A DNA stretch of 64,000 nucleotides from Vicinamibacteria bacterium. GTDB lineage: Bacteria > Acidobacteriota > Vicinamibacteria > Vicinamibacterales > JAENWD01. The stretch lies in NCBI GenBank assembly GCA_963832135.1, contig CAWHTD010000026.1, forward strand, positions 252,453 through 316,452, written 5' to 3'. Below the pieces are notes generated by a model that was given only the letters and a program-made list of their open reading frames with translations, searched no databases and was not told the origin of the DNA. A program made the translations under genes and the position numbers. Of the stretch, positions 19,733 to 29,512 are shown piece by piece; position 1 is the first letter of the stretch; each line of letters starts with the position of its first letter.

Positions 19733-20962
19733 ATGCAGGCACGGCTCCACAAGACCATAGGGGTGAAGGTCGGCGGCGTCCAGGTCGGAGGCGGAGCGCC
19801 GGTCGTTGTCCAATCGATGACGATGACGGATACGGCCGACGCGAAGGCGACGGCACAGCAGGTCGTCGAGTTGTGGGAGGCCGGGTCGGAGCTGGTGCGC
19901 GTGACGGTCAATGTGCCGGAGGCCGCGGCCATGGTGCCGGAAATCAAGCAGCGGATGCTGGACGCCGGATGCACGGCGCCGCTCATCGGCGACTTCCACT
20001 ACAACGGTCACCTGCTGCTGACCCGCTACGCGGGTTGTGCCGACGCCTTGGACAAGTACCGGATCAACCCCGGCAACGTCGGTACGGGCAAGCGGCGCGA
20101 CGAGCAGTTCTCGACGATCTGCAAGGTCGCCATGGATCACGGTAAGCCCGTGCGCATCGGCGTCAACGGCGGCTCCCTGAATCAGGAGCTGGTGATGGCG
20201 AAGATGCAGGAGAACACGGACCACGCGCTCGGGAAGTCCTCGGACGACATCATCGACGAGTGCATGGTGCTCTCGGCGCTGCAGTCCACCGAGCTGGCGC
20301 TCGAGTCGGGACTGCGCGAGGATCAGATCATCATCTCGTGCAAGGTATCGCGGCCGCAGGAGCTGATGACCGTCTATCGCCACCTTGCGACGAAGACCCG
20401 GCAGCCGCTGCACCTCGGCCTGACCGAGGCAGGGATGGGGACGAAGGGGCTGGTCTGGTCGTCGGTCGCGATCGGCATTCTCCTCAACGAGGGCATCGGC
20501 GACACGATTCGCGTGTCGCTGACTCCGCGCCCCGGTGGAGACCGGCGCGATGAAGTCTATGCCGCATGCGAGATCCTTCAGTCGCTTGGATTGCGCTCGT
20601 TTGCGCCGAGCGTCACGGCCTGCCCCGGCTGCGGCCGCACGACGAGCAGTACCTTCCAGGAGCTTGCCGAGCGGACGCAGGCGTACATCCGCGAGCAGAT
20701 GCCCACATGGAAACAGCGCTATGAAGGGATCGAAGAGCTGACGCTCGCCGTGATGGGCTGCGTCGTCAACGGCCCGGGCGAGTCGAAGGCCGCCAATATC
20801 GGAATCTCGCTGCCTGGCACGGGAGAGGCGCCGAATTGTCCGGTGTTCATCGACGGCGAGCACGTCACGACCTTGCGTGGCACCTACGACGAGCTGGCCG
20901 TGGCGTTTCAGCAACTGGTGGACGACTACGTGGATCGAAAGTACGCCCGCGTGTCTGTGTAG
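19733..20962 (+). CDS. ispG: 4-hydroxy-3-methylbut-2-en-1-yl diphosphate synthase
   Basis: [12 protein letters not shown].., ..CPGCGRT.. Fe-S motif, 409 aa. Confidence 0.95.
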   Translation: MQARLHKTIGVKVGGVQVGGGAPVVVQSMTMTDTADAKATAQQVVELWEAGSELVRVTVNVPEAAAMVPEIKQRMLDAGCTAPLIGDFHYNGHLLLTRYAGCADALDKYRINPGNVGTGKRRDEQFSTICKVAMDHGKPVRIGVNGGSLNQELVMAKMQENTDHALGKSSDDIIDECMVLSALQSTELALESGLREDQIIISCKVSRPQELMTVYRHLATKTRQPLHLGLTEAGMGTKGLVWSSVAIGILLNEGIGDTIRVSLTPRPGGDRRDEVYAACEILQSLGLRSFAPSVTACPGCGRTTSSTFQELAERTQAYIREQMPTWKQRYEGIEELTLAVMGCVVNGPGESKAANIGISLPGTGEAPNCPVFIDGEHVTTLRGTYDELAVAFQQLVDDYVDRKYARVSV

Positions 20963-20975
20963 GGGCGCATGGGTG
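20959..20975 (+). repeat. REP-like element, A-type partial copy overlapping the ispG stop
   Basis: GTAGGGGCGCATGGG. The TAG stop of ispG (20960-20962) lies inside the GTAG head. Confidence 0.5.
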
Positions 20976-20978
20976 GGA

Positions 20979-21272
20979 TCACGTACCCCCGAAGACCTGA
21001 TAGCCTTGCGCCCGCAGTTCCTCGGCGAGCTGCTTTTCCATCCTCACCGCGTCGTCGAACGTCATCGGGTTGAGATGCGCGTAGAGCGTCGGCACCAGGC
21101 GCTCGCCAAAGCGCTTCACGATCCCCGCCGCCTTGTACCCCCGCTTGTGATTGTTCAATCGCTCCGCGGGATCGAGACCAGTCATCCCCACGTAGTAGCC
21201 GGCCTTGCCGTCTCCTTTCGGATTTCTCAGGTAGACGACGTAGACGTGGTGGTGGCGGTTGCGCACTGCCAT
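20979..21272 (-). CDS. GIY-YIG domain protein (small, stand-alone)
   Basis: 97 aa with HVYVVYL..YYVGMT..R..NHK.. pattern. Confidence 0.7.
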   Translation of the reverse strand: MAVRNRHHHVYVVYLRNPKGDGKAGYYVGMTGLDPAERLNNHKRGYKAAGIVKRFGERLVPTLYAHLNPMTFDDAVRMEKQLAEELRAQGYQVFGGT

Positions 21273-21367
21273 GTCACGAATGATCGAACATCCTCGTCAC
21301 GAACGTTGCCAGAACCCTGACGCCCTGGCAAGCGCCTGGCACCGGGCACTGCCTTACAATCACCGTC

Positions 21368-22969
21368 ATGAAGAGCATGTGCGGCCTCGCCATTGGACTG
21401 GCAATCGTCCAGGGCACGATGGCGGCGCTTTCCGGCACGGGCCGGTCGCAAGCGCCTTCTGCGGAGTACGACGTGATCATCCGCGGAGGCTCCGTCCTCG
21501 ATGGCACGGGCGCGCCCGCAGCGCAGGTGGATCTCGGCATCTGCGGCGATCGTATCGTGACCGTGGGTCCGATCCCGGCCGCGGCACGCGCGGAACGGTC
21601 CATCGACGCGACGAACCTCACCGTGTCTCCAGGATTCATCGACGTGCACTCGCACGCCGCCGGTGGCCTGGGCGGCGCGCTGGGCGACGCGATACCGCTC
21701 CTGGCGCAGGGGGTCACCACCGTCTTCATCAACCCGGACGGCGGCGGTCCCATCGACCTGACAGCACAACGAAAAGGGATCGAGGCACGTCGCGTCGGTG
21801 TGAACATCGGTCAATTCGTACCGCAGGGCTCCATTCGCGGCGACGTGATGGGCTTCGCCGATCGCGATCCGACGGCAGCCGAAGAAATGCGCATGGCGCA
21901 GTTGGTTCGCGCTGGGATGGATGCCGGCGGTCTGGGCCTGTCGACGGGACTCTATTACGCGCCCGGCAGCTACGCCAAGACCCACGAGATCGTGACGCTC
22001 GCGAAGGTCGCCGCCGAATACGGCGGCGTGTACTCGAGTCACATTCGCGACGAGGCGGACTACAGCATTGGCGTTGTCGCCGCGGTCGACGAGGTCATTC
22101 GAATCGCCGAACAGGCGCACATTCGCGCCGTCGTCAGCCATATGAAGGCCCTCGGCCCAGCCAACTGGGGCCGATCGGTGGACCTGGTCGCCGCGATCGA
22201 TCGCGCGCGATCGAGGGGCCTGCAGGTTTTCGCGGATCAGTATGCTTACGATGCGAGCGGCACGAGCGTGGTCGCGGCGCTCGTCCCGCGCTGGGCAGAG
22301 GCCGGCGGCCGCCGCGCGATGCTCGAACGCGTCAACGGCGCGGATGCGGCCCGTCTCAGAGCGGCGATCGCCGATAACATCGCACGACGCGGCGGGCCGG
22401 AGAAGATGGTGGTCTCCGACTACGCACCCGATCACACGCTGGAAGGTCAATCTCTCGCCGAGGTCGCCCGCTCGCGCTCGGCCGACGTCATCGATGTCGT
22501 CGTGGATTTGCTTCAGCGGGGCGACCCTGGACTCGTCTCGTTCAACATGTCGGACGAGGACATCATCCGCATCATGCGTCAGAGCTGGACGATGACCTGT
22601 TCAGACGGCGATCTGACATCACCGGGGAGTGGGAAGCCGCATCCGCGCGGCTACGGGGCATTCGCGCGGAAGCTGGGAGTCTACGCACGCGACCGTCAGG
22701 TGATTGGGCTCGCGCAGGCAGTCCATTCCATGACGGACCTGCCTGCCTCCGTATTCGGATTGAAGGACCGCGGGGTGATTCGACAAGGTGCAGTCGCAGA
22801 TCTCGTCGTGTTCGATCCCGTACGCATCCGCGACACGGCAACCTACACGAAGCCGCAACAGCTCGCCGAGGGCGTTCGCTACGTTCTCGTCAACGGCGTC
22901 TTTGTGTTTGACGACGCCGTCCCCACTGGTAAACGGCCGGGCAAATTCATCCGCCCCCTACGCCAGTAG
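21368..22969 (+). CDS. N-acyl-D-amino-acid deacylase family amidohydrolase (paralog 2)
   Basis: Signal peptide; YDVIIRGGSVLDGTGAP..SPGFIDVHSHA (HxH retained). Confidence 0.85.
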   Translation: MKSMCGLAIGLAIVQGTMAALSGTGRSQAPSAEYDVIIRGGSVLDGTGAPAAQVDLGICGDRIVTVGPIPAAARAERSIDATNLTVSPGFIDVHSHAAGGLGGALGDAIPLLAQGVTTVFINPDGGGPIDLTAQRKGIEARRVGVNIGQFVPQGSIRGDVMGFADRDPTAAEEMRMAQLVRAGMDAGGLGLSTGLYYAPGSYAKTHEIVTLAKVAAEYGGVYSSHIRDEADYSIGVVAAVDEVIRIAEQAHIRAVVSHMKALGPANWGRSVDLVAAIDRARSRGLQVFADQYAYDASGTSVVAALVPRWAEAGGRRAMLERVNGADAARLRAAIADNIARRGGPEKMVVSDYAPDHTLEGQSLAEVARSRSADVIDVVVDLLQRGDPGLVSFNMSDEDIIRIMRQSWTMTCSDGDLTSPGSGKPHPRGYGAFARKLGVYARDRQVIGLAQAVHSMTDLPASVFGLKDRGVIRQGAVADLVVFDPVRIRDTATYTKPQQLAEGVRYVLVNGVFVFDDAVPTGKRPGKFIRPLRQ

Positions 22970-22989
22970 GGGCGCATGGCAATGCGCCC
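22966..22989 (+). repeat. REP-like hairpin (A-type)
   Basis: GTAG head + GGGCGCAT-GGCA-ATGCGCCC, a perfect 8-bp stem. The gene's TAG stop (22967-22969) is inside the head. Confidence 0.75.
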
Positions 22990-23093
22990 ACGCCGAGTGC
23001 ATCCGGTTGCCGCGGGCGCGTCCCGATCGTGCGAAGGCTTCAGTTGCGCAAGAGCGATGGAATTGCGTCACGACTCGGCCTGACACGCGGGCA

Positions 23094-24413
23094 TCAGAAG
23101 CGTGGTGGGCCGCCGATGACGCTCGAGCCGCTCGCGACCGGGTCGGAGGCGCCGGCCGCGCCGGTGATGAGCCGTACGCTTCGTTGATACGTCAGGTACG
23201 CGCCAGCCCACTGCACGAGCACGGTGAGTCGGTTGCGGAATCCAATGAGCCAGAAGATGTGAATCGTCAGCCACAGTACCCAGGCGGCAAACCCCGATGC
23301 GCGCAGCCAGTTCAAATCGGCGACGGCGGCGTTGCGGCCGATGGTGGCCATGTTGCCGAGATTGCGATACGTGAACGGCTTGCGGGCCTGTCCGTTCAGC
23401 GTGCGAACGATGCCGCGCGCGGCATGTGTCGCCTGCTGCATTGCGACCTGGGCCACGCCGGGCAGCGGCCGCCCCGCGGCATCGTTCAGGATCGCGAGGT
23501 CGCCCACCACGAACACGTTTTGGTACCCGGGAATGGAGAGATCGGGCTGGACCAGGACGCGTCCCGCCCGATCGGTCGGGACGCCAAGCGTTTTCCCAAG
23601 AGGTGAGGCAGTCACTCCGGCTGCCCACATGACGGTGCCGGCTTCGATGTGTTCGGCGCCGAGCCACACGCCGCCTTCATCAACGTTGGTGACCGTCGCC
23701 TTCTCGCGGACCTCGACGCCGAGCCGCGTCAAGGATCGCCGCGCCGCGTCCCGCAGTGTTTCGGGGAACGCGGGAAGAATCGCGGGGCCGGCTTCGACGA
23801 GCAGAACACGCGCCTGCTCGGTTCGAATCGAACGGAATTCGTCGGCGAGCGTCTGCCGCGCAATTTCCGCGATGGCGCCCGCCATCTCGACGCCCGTCGG
23901 GCCACCGCCAACAATCACGAACGTCAGCAGCCGCCGCCGACGGTCCGGGTTCTCTTCGCGCTCCGCGATCTCGTAGGCCAGCAGCATGCGCGCGCGCAAG
24001 TGCAGCGCATCGTCGAGTGTCTTCAGCGACGGCGCGATAGATATCCATTCGTCGTGCCCGAAGTACGAACTGGACGAGCCGGCGGCGACGATCAGGTAGT
24101 CGTACGCGAGCGATTCGCCGTGATCCAGTTCCACGCGCTTGGCCGCCACATCGATGCGGCGCGCCTCGGCGAGCAGCACGCGCGTGTTCTTCTGGCGCCG
24201 CAGAATCCACCGAATCGGGGAGGCGATGTCGCCGGGCGACAACGCCGCGGTCGCTACCTGATACAAGAGGGGCTGGAACACGTGATGATTGTGACGGTCC
24301 ACGAGCGTGACGTGGACCGGGGCATGCCTGAGCGCTTTGGCTGCCCACAGTCCGCCGAAGCCCCCGCCGATGATCACCACATGAGGAGTGCTCATAAGGA
24401 AATTATGAGGCAA
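23094..24413 (-). CDS. ndh: Type II NADH:quinone oxidoreductase (NDH-2)
   Basis: HVVIIGGGFGG..FQPLLYQVA..second GGGPTGVE dinucleotide fold. The start may be the ATG at 24395. Confidence 0.9.
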   Translation of the reverse strand: MPHNFLMSTPHVVIIGGGFGGLWAAKALRHAPVHVTLVDRHNHHVFQPLLYQVATAALSPGDIASPIRWILRRQKNTRVLLAEARRIDVAAKRVELDHGESLAYDYLIVAAGSSSSYFGHDEWISIAPSLKTLDDALHLRARMLLAYEIAEREENPDRRRRLLTFVIVGGGPTGVEMAGAIAEIARQTLADEFRSIRTEQARVLLVEAGPAILPAFPETLRDAARRSLTRLGVEVREKATVTNVDEGGVWLGAEHIEAGTVMWAAGVTASPLGKTLGVPTDRAGRVLVQPDLSIPGYQNVFVVGDLAILNDAAGRPLPGVAQVAMQQATHAARGIVRTLNGQARKPFTYRNLGNMATIGRNAAVADLNWLRASGFAAWVLWLTIHIFWLIGFRNRLTVLVQWAGAYLTYQRSVRLITGAAGASDPVASGSSVIGGPPRF

Positions 24414-24500
24414 ACGCGCTTCGACTCTACAAGGACCTCCAGGGTTGAGCCTTGGAGGGCTCGGAGTCGAGGGAAGGATCGGATTGCGCTACACTTTGTC

Positions 24501-26528
24501 ATGCTCGAACGGTCCGGCTCCGTGAGTGATGTTGAGGTTGCCACCGCGTGTCCGCTCGACTGTCCGGACGCCTGCAGTTTGTCGGTCACCGTGCGAGACG
24601 GGCGCGTCGTCGAGGTGGATGGCGGACATGCCAACGACGCGACTCGCGGCTATATCTGCGCAAAGGTCAGGCGTTTTCCGGAACGTGTTTACGGCGAGGA
24701 TCGGCTGCGTTTCCCGATGGTCCGGACCGGGCCCAAAGGCAGTGGTCGATTCGCGCGCGTGTCCTGGGACGAAGCGCTCGAGGCGATCGTCTCGGCGGTC
24801 ACGCGCGTTCGCGACGCATTCGGCGCCGAAGCGATCCTGCCCTATTGCTACGGCGGATCGAACGGGCTGCTGACGCAGGATGCGACCGACGCAATTTTCT
24901 TCCGCCGGCTCGGCGCATCGCGCCTGTTGCGGACGCTATGTGCGGCTCCTACGGGCGCGGCGAACCAGGCGCTCTACGGCAAGATGCCGTCGGTGGCGTA
25001 TCAGGACTACCCGTCGGCGCGTCTGATTATTCTCTGGGGCGTCAATCCTGGCGTCTCGGGCATCCATGCGATGCCGTTCTTGAAGACCGCGCAGAAAAAC
25101 GGCGCGAAGCTCGTGGTCATCGATCCGCGGATGACGACCGTCGCGCGGACGGCCGATCTGTACCTGCCCGTCAAACCGGGCACCGACGTGGTCGTCGCGC
25201 TCGCGCTGCATCGGGTTCTCTTCGAAGAGGGGCATGCCGACCAGGCATTCCTGGCGGAGCACACGACTGGAGCCGACGCGCTTCGCGCCCGTGCCGCCGA
25301 GTGGACCATCGAACGGGCCGCGGAGGTTGCTGGACTCGATCCGGTGGAGCTGCGGCGACTGGCCGACTGGTATGTCGCGGCGAGCCCCGCACTCGTCCGG
25401 TGCGGGTGGGGACTCGAACGCAACCGGAATGGTGGCAACGCGGCCATGGCCGTGCTCGCCCTGCCGGCCGTCGCGGGAAAGTTCGGAGTGCGTGGCGGGG
25501 GCTACGCGATGAGCAATTCTGCGGCGTGGGGGTTCACACATCCCTGGGTCGACACGCCGGAGCCGTCGACGCGAGCCATCAACATGAACGAACTGGGCCG
25601 CGTGCTGACCGAGCCGCTCGATCCGCCGGTGAAGCTGCTGTTCGTTTACAACGCCAATCCCGCCGCCACCGTACCCGATCAGGTCCGAGTGCTGTCGGGA
25701 CTCGAGCGAGAGGACTTGTTCACGGTCGTCTTCGAACAGGTGCGGACCGATACGGTCCCCTTTGCCGACGTCGTGTTGCCGGCGACGACCTTTCTCGAGC
25801 AGTACGATTTTGCGCGCGCCTACGGGCCCATCGCGCTGCAGCTCACGCAGCCGGTGGTGGACCCGGTCGGCGAATCGCGATCGAACAACGATGTGTTCGC
25901 GGACCTCGGCCAGCGGCTCGGTCTTCTGGACGACGGCGAACAGCGAGGCGAGTTGGAGACGCTGGTGCGCGTCATGGATGGATTGCCGTCCGAGATTGGC
26001 GCGCCGCTCAAGGCCTCGGGCGTGGCGACGCCGCCGTGGCGAGGTGCGCCGGTGCAGTTCGTCGACGTCTTTCCGCGCACCCACGACGGACGCATTCACT
26101 TCTTCCGCGAGGATCTCGACGCCGAGGCGCCGCTTGGTCTTTACGCCTATCAGCCGGATCCGGCGTCCGACGCTTTTCCGCTGGCTCTGATTTCGCCGGC
26201 CTCCGATCGCACGATCAGCTCCACGCTCGGCGAATTGCCCCGCCCTGAGGTCAAACTCCTCCTGAATCCCGTCGACGCTCTCACGCGGGGCATCGAGGAT
26301 GACGATGACGTGCGCGTGTGGAACGAGCTCGGTGAAGTCCGGTGCCGCGCACACGTGGGTGCGTGGGTGCGGCCCGGAACGGCGGTTCTGCCCAAGGGGC
26401 TCTGGCGCCGCAACACCGCCAACGGGTTCACCGCCACGGCGCTGGCACCGGCGACGCTGACCGATCTCGGTGGCGGGGCATGTTTCAACGATGCGCGCGT
26501 CGAGGTTCAGAAGCTCGCGCACGGCTGA
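24501..26528 (+). CDS. Molybdopterin-dependent oxidoreductase (DMSO-reductase/BisC-like superfamily)
   Basis: ATG 24501. N-terminal 4Fe-4S motif CPLDCPDAC..C, then MopB and C-terminal molybdopterin dinucleotide-binding-like region. The 5' 850 nt of the long ORF is antisense to ndh and is trimmed. Confidence 0.85.
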   Translation: MLERSGSVSDVEVATACPLDCPDACSLSVTVRDGRVVEVDGGHANDATRGYICAKVRRFPERVYGEDRLRFPMVRTGPKGSGRFARVSWDEALEAIVSAVTRVRDAFGAEAILPYCYGGSNGLLTQDATDAIFFRRLGASRLLRTLCAAPTGAANQALYGKMPSVAYQDYPSARLIILWGVNPGVSGIHAMPFLKTAQKNGAKLVVIDPRMTTVARTADLYLPVKPGTDVVVALALHRVLFEEGHADQAFLAEHTTGADALRARAAEWTIERAAEVAGLDPVELRRLADWYVAASPALVRCGWGLERNRNGGNAAMAVLALPAVAGKFGVRGGGYAMSNSAAWGFTHPWVDTPEPSTRAINMNELGRVLTEPLDPPVKLLFVYNANPAATVPDQVRVLSGLEREDLFTVVFEQVRTDTVPFADVVLPATTFLEQYDFARAYGPIALQLTQPVVDPVGESRSNNDVFADLGQRLGLLDDGEQRGELETLVRVMDGLPSEIGAPLKASGVATPPWRGAPVQFVDVFPRTHDGRIHFFREDLDAEAPLGLYAYQPDPASDAFPLALISPASDRTISSTLGELPRPEVKLLLNPVDALTRGIEDDDDVRVWNELGEVRCRAHVGAWVRPGTAVLPKGLWRRNTANGFTATALAPATLTDLGGGACFNDARVEVQKLAHG

Positions 26529-26549
26529 CCCGTCGGACTTCCGACGAAT

Positions 26550-27011
26550 TCACCGCGGCTTGGAGCTGTTCCAGATCGTCACGGCGATCTTCCAGGTGCC
26601 GGCGGCGTCTTTCTTGAGCACGTTGACATACTTGGTCACGTCGAGCACGGTCTGGCTGCCGGCCTGCGATTCGAAGGTCGCCGTCCCCCACTCGTAGCCG
26701 AGGTCGCCTGACGTGGTGAGGCCGTTTGATGCTCCATCCACGGCGTTGAACCCGCCGCCGTACTGCTGCTTCCAAAACGCCTCGATCGCCACCTTCCCGT
26801 GGATCGTCTCGCCGTTCGGGGGCAGGAGCAGGGCATCGTCGGTATAGGCCGACGCCGTGAGCGAGGCATCACGCGCCTGGACGCCATTTGAAAGCGCCCC
26901 AACCGGCTCGAATGCTTTGGGATCGGGCGGAGCGCTTTGAGCGGTTTGCGCCGTCAGTTGGGGACCGCCGAGAACGATTACCGAGAGAACAAAGACGACG
27001 GTCGCTCGCAT
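26550..27011 (-). CDS. Secreted SnoaL-like/DUF4440 (NTF2-fold) protein
   Basis: Signal peptide; ..YTDDALLLPPNGETIHGKVAIEAFW..; C-terminal ..GTWKIAVTIWN. Confidence 0.6.
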   Translation of the reverse strand: MRATVVFVLSVIVLGGPQLTAQTAQSAPPDPKAFEPVGALSNGVQARDASLTASAYTDDALLLPPNGETIHGKVAIEAFWKQQYGGGFNAVDGASNGLTTSGDLGYEWGTATFESQAGSQTVLDVTKYVNVLKKDAAGTWKIAVTIWNSSKPR

Positions 27012-27209
27012 GAACGCCTCCTCAGGCCACCTGTCGATGATGACGGGCAGGCGAGGTCACACGCGTTCCAACGAGCGCCCACCGCCGCGGGCGGCATGCT
27101 ATTACAACGGCGCACCAACCGACAAACGTCGGTGCATCAGGAGGGCGACGAAGGCTCGCGTCGGGCTGGGGGGCCGACGCGAACCCGCTGGATTTTCTGG
27201 AGGGACGGC

Positions 27210-27443
27210 TTAGACCATCCCGAGGTTTTCGCTGGTCGTGGGTTCCTGCGAGTCGGGAAGACGACCGCGTCCACCGCGGCTGACCTGACCTCCCTTGCGC
27301 CCCGCCCGACGTGCTTCTTCGGGGGTCCACTCGTGGGCGGTCCCCTTTTCGTGTGCTGCACGCCCGCCCTTGCTGGCGATCTCGCGCTGCCGCTCCGGAC
27401 TCATCGATGCGAATCCGCGTCGTTCCTTGCGTTCTCCTGTCAC
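27210..27443 (-). CDS. KGG-repeat general stress protein (YciG-like)
   Basis: 77 aa with repeated ..SKGGRAAHEKG.. / ..RKGGQVSRGG.. stress-induced KGG motifs. Confidence 0.75.
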   Translation of the reverse strand: MTGERKERRGFASMSPERQREIASKGGRAAHEKGTAHEWTPEEARRAGRKGGQVSRGGRGRLPDSQEPTTSENLGMV

Positions 27444-27908
27444 GTGTGCCTCCTTGCGTCCTCACGCGCGCAACCATTGCCTGCGTGCGGCCGTGACGTC
27501 CGACCGAGAGCCGAGAACTCTCACGGTCCAGAATCCCCCACGACAAGAACGAATGAATCGACTACCGACCACGACTCCCCAGCAGACCGGATCACTGAAA
27601 GACTGTCGAGGTCACGGTGTCGGGCGGCACAACTTCAAAGCACGTGCCAGAGGCGGTTCAGGGCGCACCCGATCGGCGTCCAGCAAGAATGCTCAAGAAT
27701 GCGGCGTAAACTGAGCAGGCAGGCGCGAGGTGAGTAAGGGATACCCACCTCAAGTGCTGATATGGATCGATACACGACGAGTAGAAAACCAGACACAGTT
27801 CCGAGAAACGCGAAGGGCATTGCCGGACGCGCGCCAGCCGGAAGACACCGACGTGATTACGGCAGGTTGGATCGATGGTAAAGGCAAGACAGCGTTAGAA
27901 TTGAACGT

Positions 27909-28232
27909 ATGAGTCCTTGTGCCCCGGCCGTGCCACCCGACCCCAGCCGCAACAAGACCGGACGACTAGTGTTCTGCGTGAAGATGCAGAAGGAGCTTCC
28001 CGGACTCGATGCCCCTCCATGGCCCGGCGAGCTTGGACAGAAGGTGTTCGAGAACGTCTCCCTCGAAGCGTGGAAGCTCTGGGAAGAACGAATGAAGATG
28101 ATCCTGAACGAGTACCGGCTGCTTCCGTTCCAGAAGGAGGCCCAGGATCTGGTCGCCAAGCACATGGAGGAGTTCTTTTTCGGCGAAGGTGCGGCCCTTC
28201 CCCCCGGCTACGTTCCTCAGCAAACGAAGTAG
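27909..28232 (+). CDS. yggX: Fe(2+)-trafficking / oxidative-damage protection protein YggX-like
   Basis: ..VFCVKMQKELPGLD.PPWPGELGQKVFENVS.EAW..W...MILNE.. aligns to my recollection of YggX. The start may be GTG 27970. Confidence 0.75.
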   Translation: MSPCAPAVPPDPSRNKTGRLVFCVKMQKELPGLDAPPWPGELGQKVFENVSLEAWKLWEERMKMILNEYRLLPFQKEAQDLVAKHMEEFFFGEGAALPPGYVPQQTK

Positions 28233-28243
28233 GCGCGCGCGGC

Positions 28244-29509
28244 CTACCCCATCGGGACCGCGCGATCGATGCGAAACCGCAATCGGGCGTGAGCCTCGCG
28301 GACGGCGGCTTCAGCCTCCGCAGCCGTGGGTCCGCGCGCGAAGATGAACCCCAGGTAAGTCGCGCCTTCAGGCAACGGCGTCAGCACCTGGTCGAGTCGT
28401 GCGGTGATACGGATGTCGGTCACGCCCGCCACACCCGCGGCGACGTCGACGCCCTCCACGCCGCGATAGATGCCTTCCTTCGGAATCGGCACCATCATCA
28501 CGGCGGAGCCCTCCCGGAGTGGATGCCAGTCGTCGATGTCTTCGCCTGCGGCGTGACGAAGCAGCAATTCCTCGAGCGTGCACGGTTCGTCCTGGCGATT
28601 CGTCAACGTCACCGCGCGCGCACAGAGGCCGCCAATCGGCCGCGCGGCCACTTCGAGCACCGTCACGCCGGCCGGACCCACGCGGCATTCCGCGTGAATC
28701 GGACCGTGTCTCAGGTCCAGCGCCTGCCTCGCGCGGTCGACTGTCGCGACGATCGCCTGGATGGTCTCTTCGTCGGCTCGGGAGGGCGTTGCGTAGATGG
28801 TTTCCTCGAAGAACGGGCCATCGAGCGGATCGGGCTTGTCGAAAACGGCCACCACCCTGAGAACATCGCGATCGACGACGCCCTCGAGAGCGAACTCTTG
28901 CCCCTCGACGAACCGCTCGATCACGATTGTCGACGACGACGGATCGCGCAACGCCCGCACGTCGAGCGAATCGAGCATGCGCCGCAGCCGCGTCACCGCG
29001 GCGAGGAGCTCCTCCCGGGTGTCGGCGCGAATCACGCCTCGACTGCCCGAAAGCACCACGGGCTTCACCACCGCAGGCAGCAGGTGCTCGGCGCGCGCGA
29101 TCGCCGTCGAGCGCGACACGCCATCGTCGATCACCACGAGGTCGGGCGATGGAAGGCCCGCCGCACGCAGCGTCTCGCGTGTCATGACCTTGTGGCGGCT
29201 TCGTTCCGCCGCGGCCGGCGAGTGCCAGCGGACGCCGAATCGCTCGGCGGCGCGGGCGGCCAGGACCGTCGGGCGATCGCCGACGGCAATCACTCCGGCA
29301 GGAGGCTCCGCAAGTGCCGCGTCGAGGGCGAGGAGCGACGCCTCGACATCGTGAAAGCGCACCGCGATGGCGCGATCGCGCCAGGGATCGTCGAGGCGAT
29401 CGCAGCAATCCGAGGCGAGTTGCAGTTCCACGCCCAGCCGCGTCGCGGCATCATCGAAGGCGCGGATCTGATAGCCCGTGGTGGCGGCGAAGAGTAGGAC
29501 GCGCGGCAC
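28244..29509 (-). CDS. ATP-grasp domain ligase (unknown substrate)
   Basis: 421 aa; pre-ATP-grasp N-domain then ..LPAVVKPVVLSGSRGV..IVIERFVEGQEFALEG.. The start lies 3 nt after the radical SAM stop. Confidence 0.8.
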   Translation of the reverse strand: MPRVLLFAATTGYQIRAFDDAATRLGVELQLASDCCDRLDDPWRDRAIAVRFHDVEASLLALDAALAEPPAGVIAVGDRPTVLAARAAERFGVRWHSPAAAERSRHKVMTRETLRAAGLPSPDLVVIDDGVSRSTAIARAEHLLPAVVKPVVLSGSRGVIRADTREELLAAVTRLRRMLDSLDVRALRDPSSSTIVIERFVEGQEFALEGVVDRDVLRVVAVFDKPDPLDGPFFEETIYATPSRADEETIQAIVATVDRARQALDLRHGPIHAECRVGPAGVTVLEVAARPIGGLCARAVTLTNRQDEPCTLEELLLRHAAGEDIDDWHPLREGSAVMMVPIPKEGIYRGVEGVDVAAGVAGVTDIRITARLDQVLTPLPEGATYLGFIFARGPTAAEAEAAVREAHARLRFRIDRAVPMG

Positions 29510-29512
29510 GAT

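Noticed and set aside
23649-24500. N-terminal 284-aa extension of the molybdopterin oxidoreductase ORF.
   Set aside because: The extension is antisense to the well-supported ndh gene and has no homology-like features. The Fe-S motif domain begins right after ATG 24501.
27730-27912. 60-aa ORF in the KGG/yggX intergenic region.
   Set aside because: It has low GC3 relative to the local genes, no RBS and no recognisable family. It also overlaps the yggX start.
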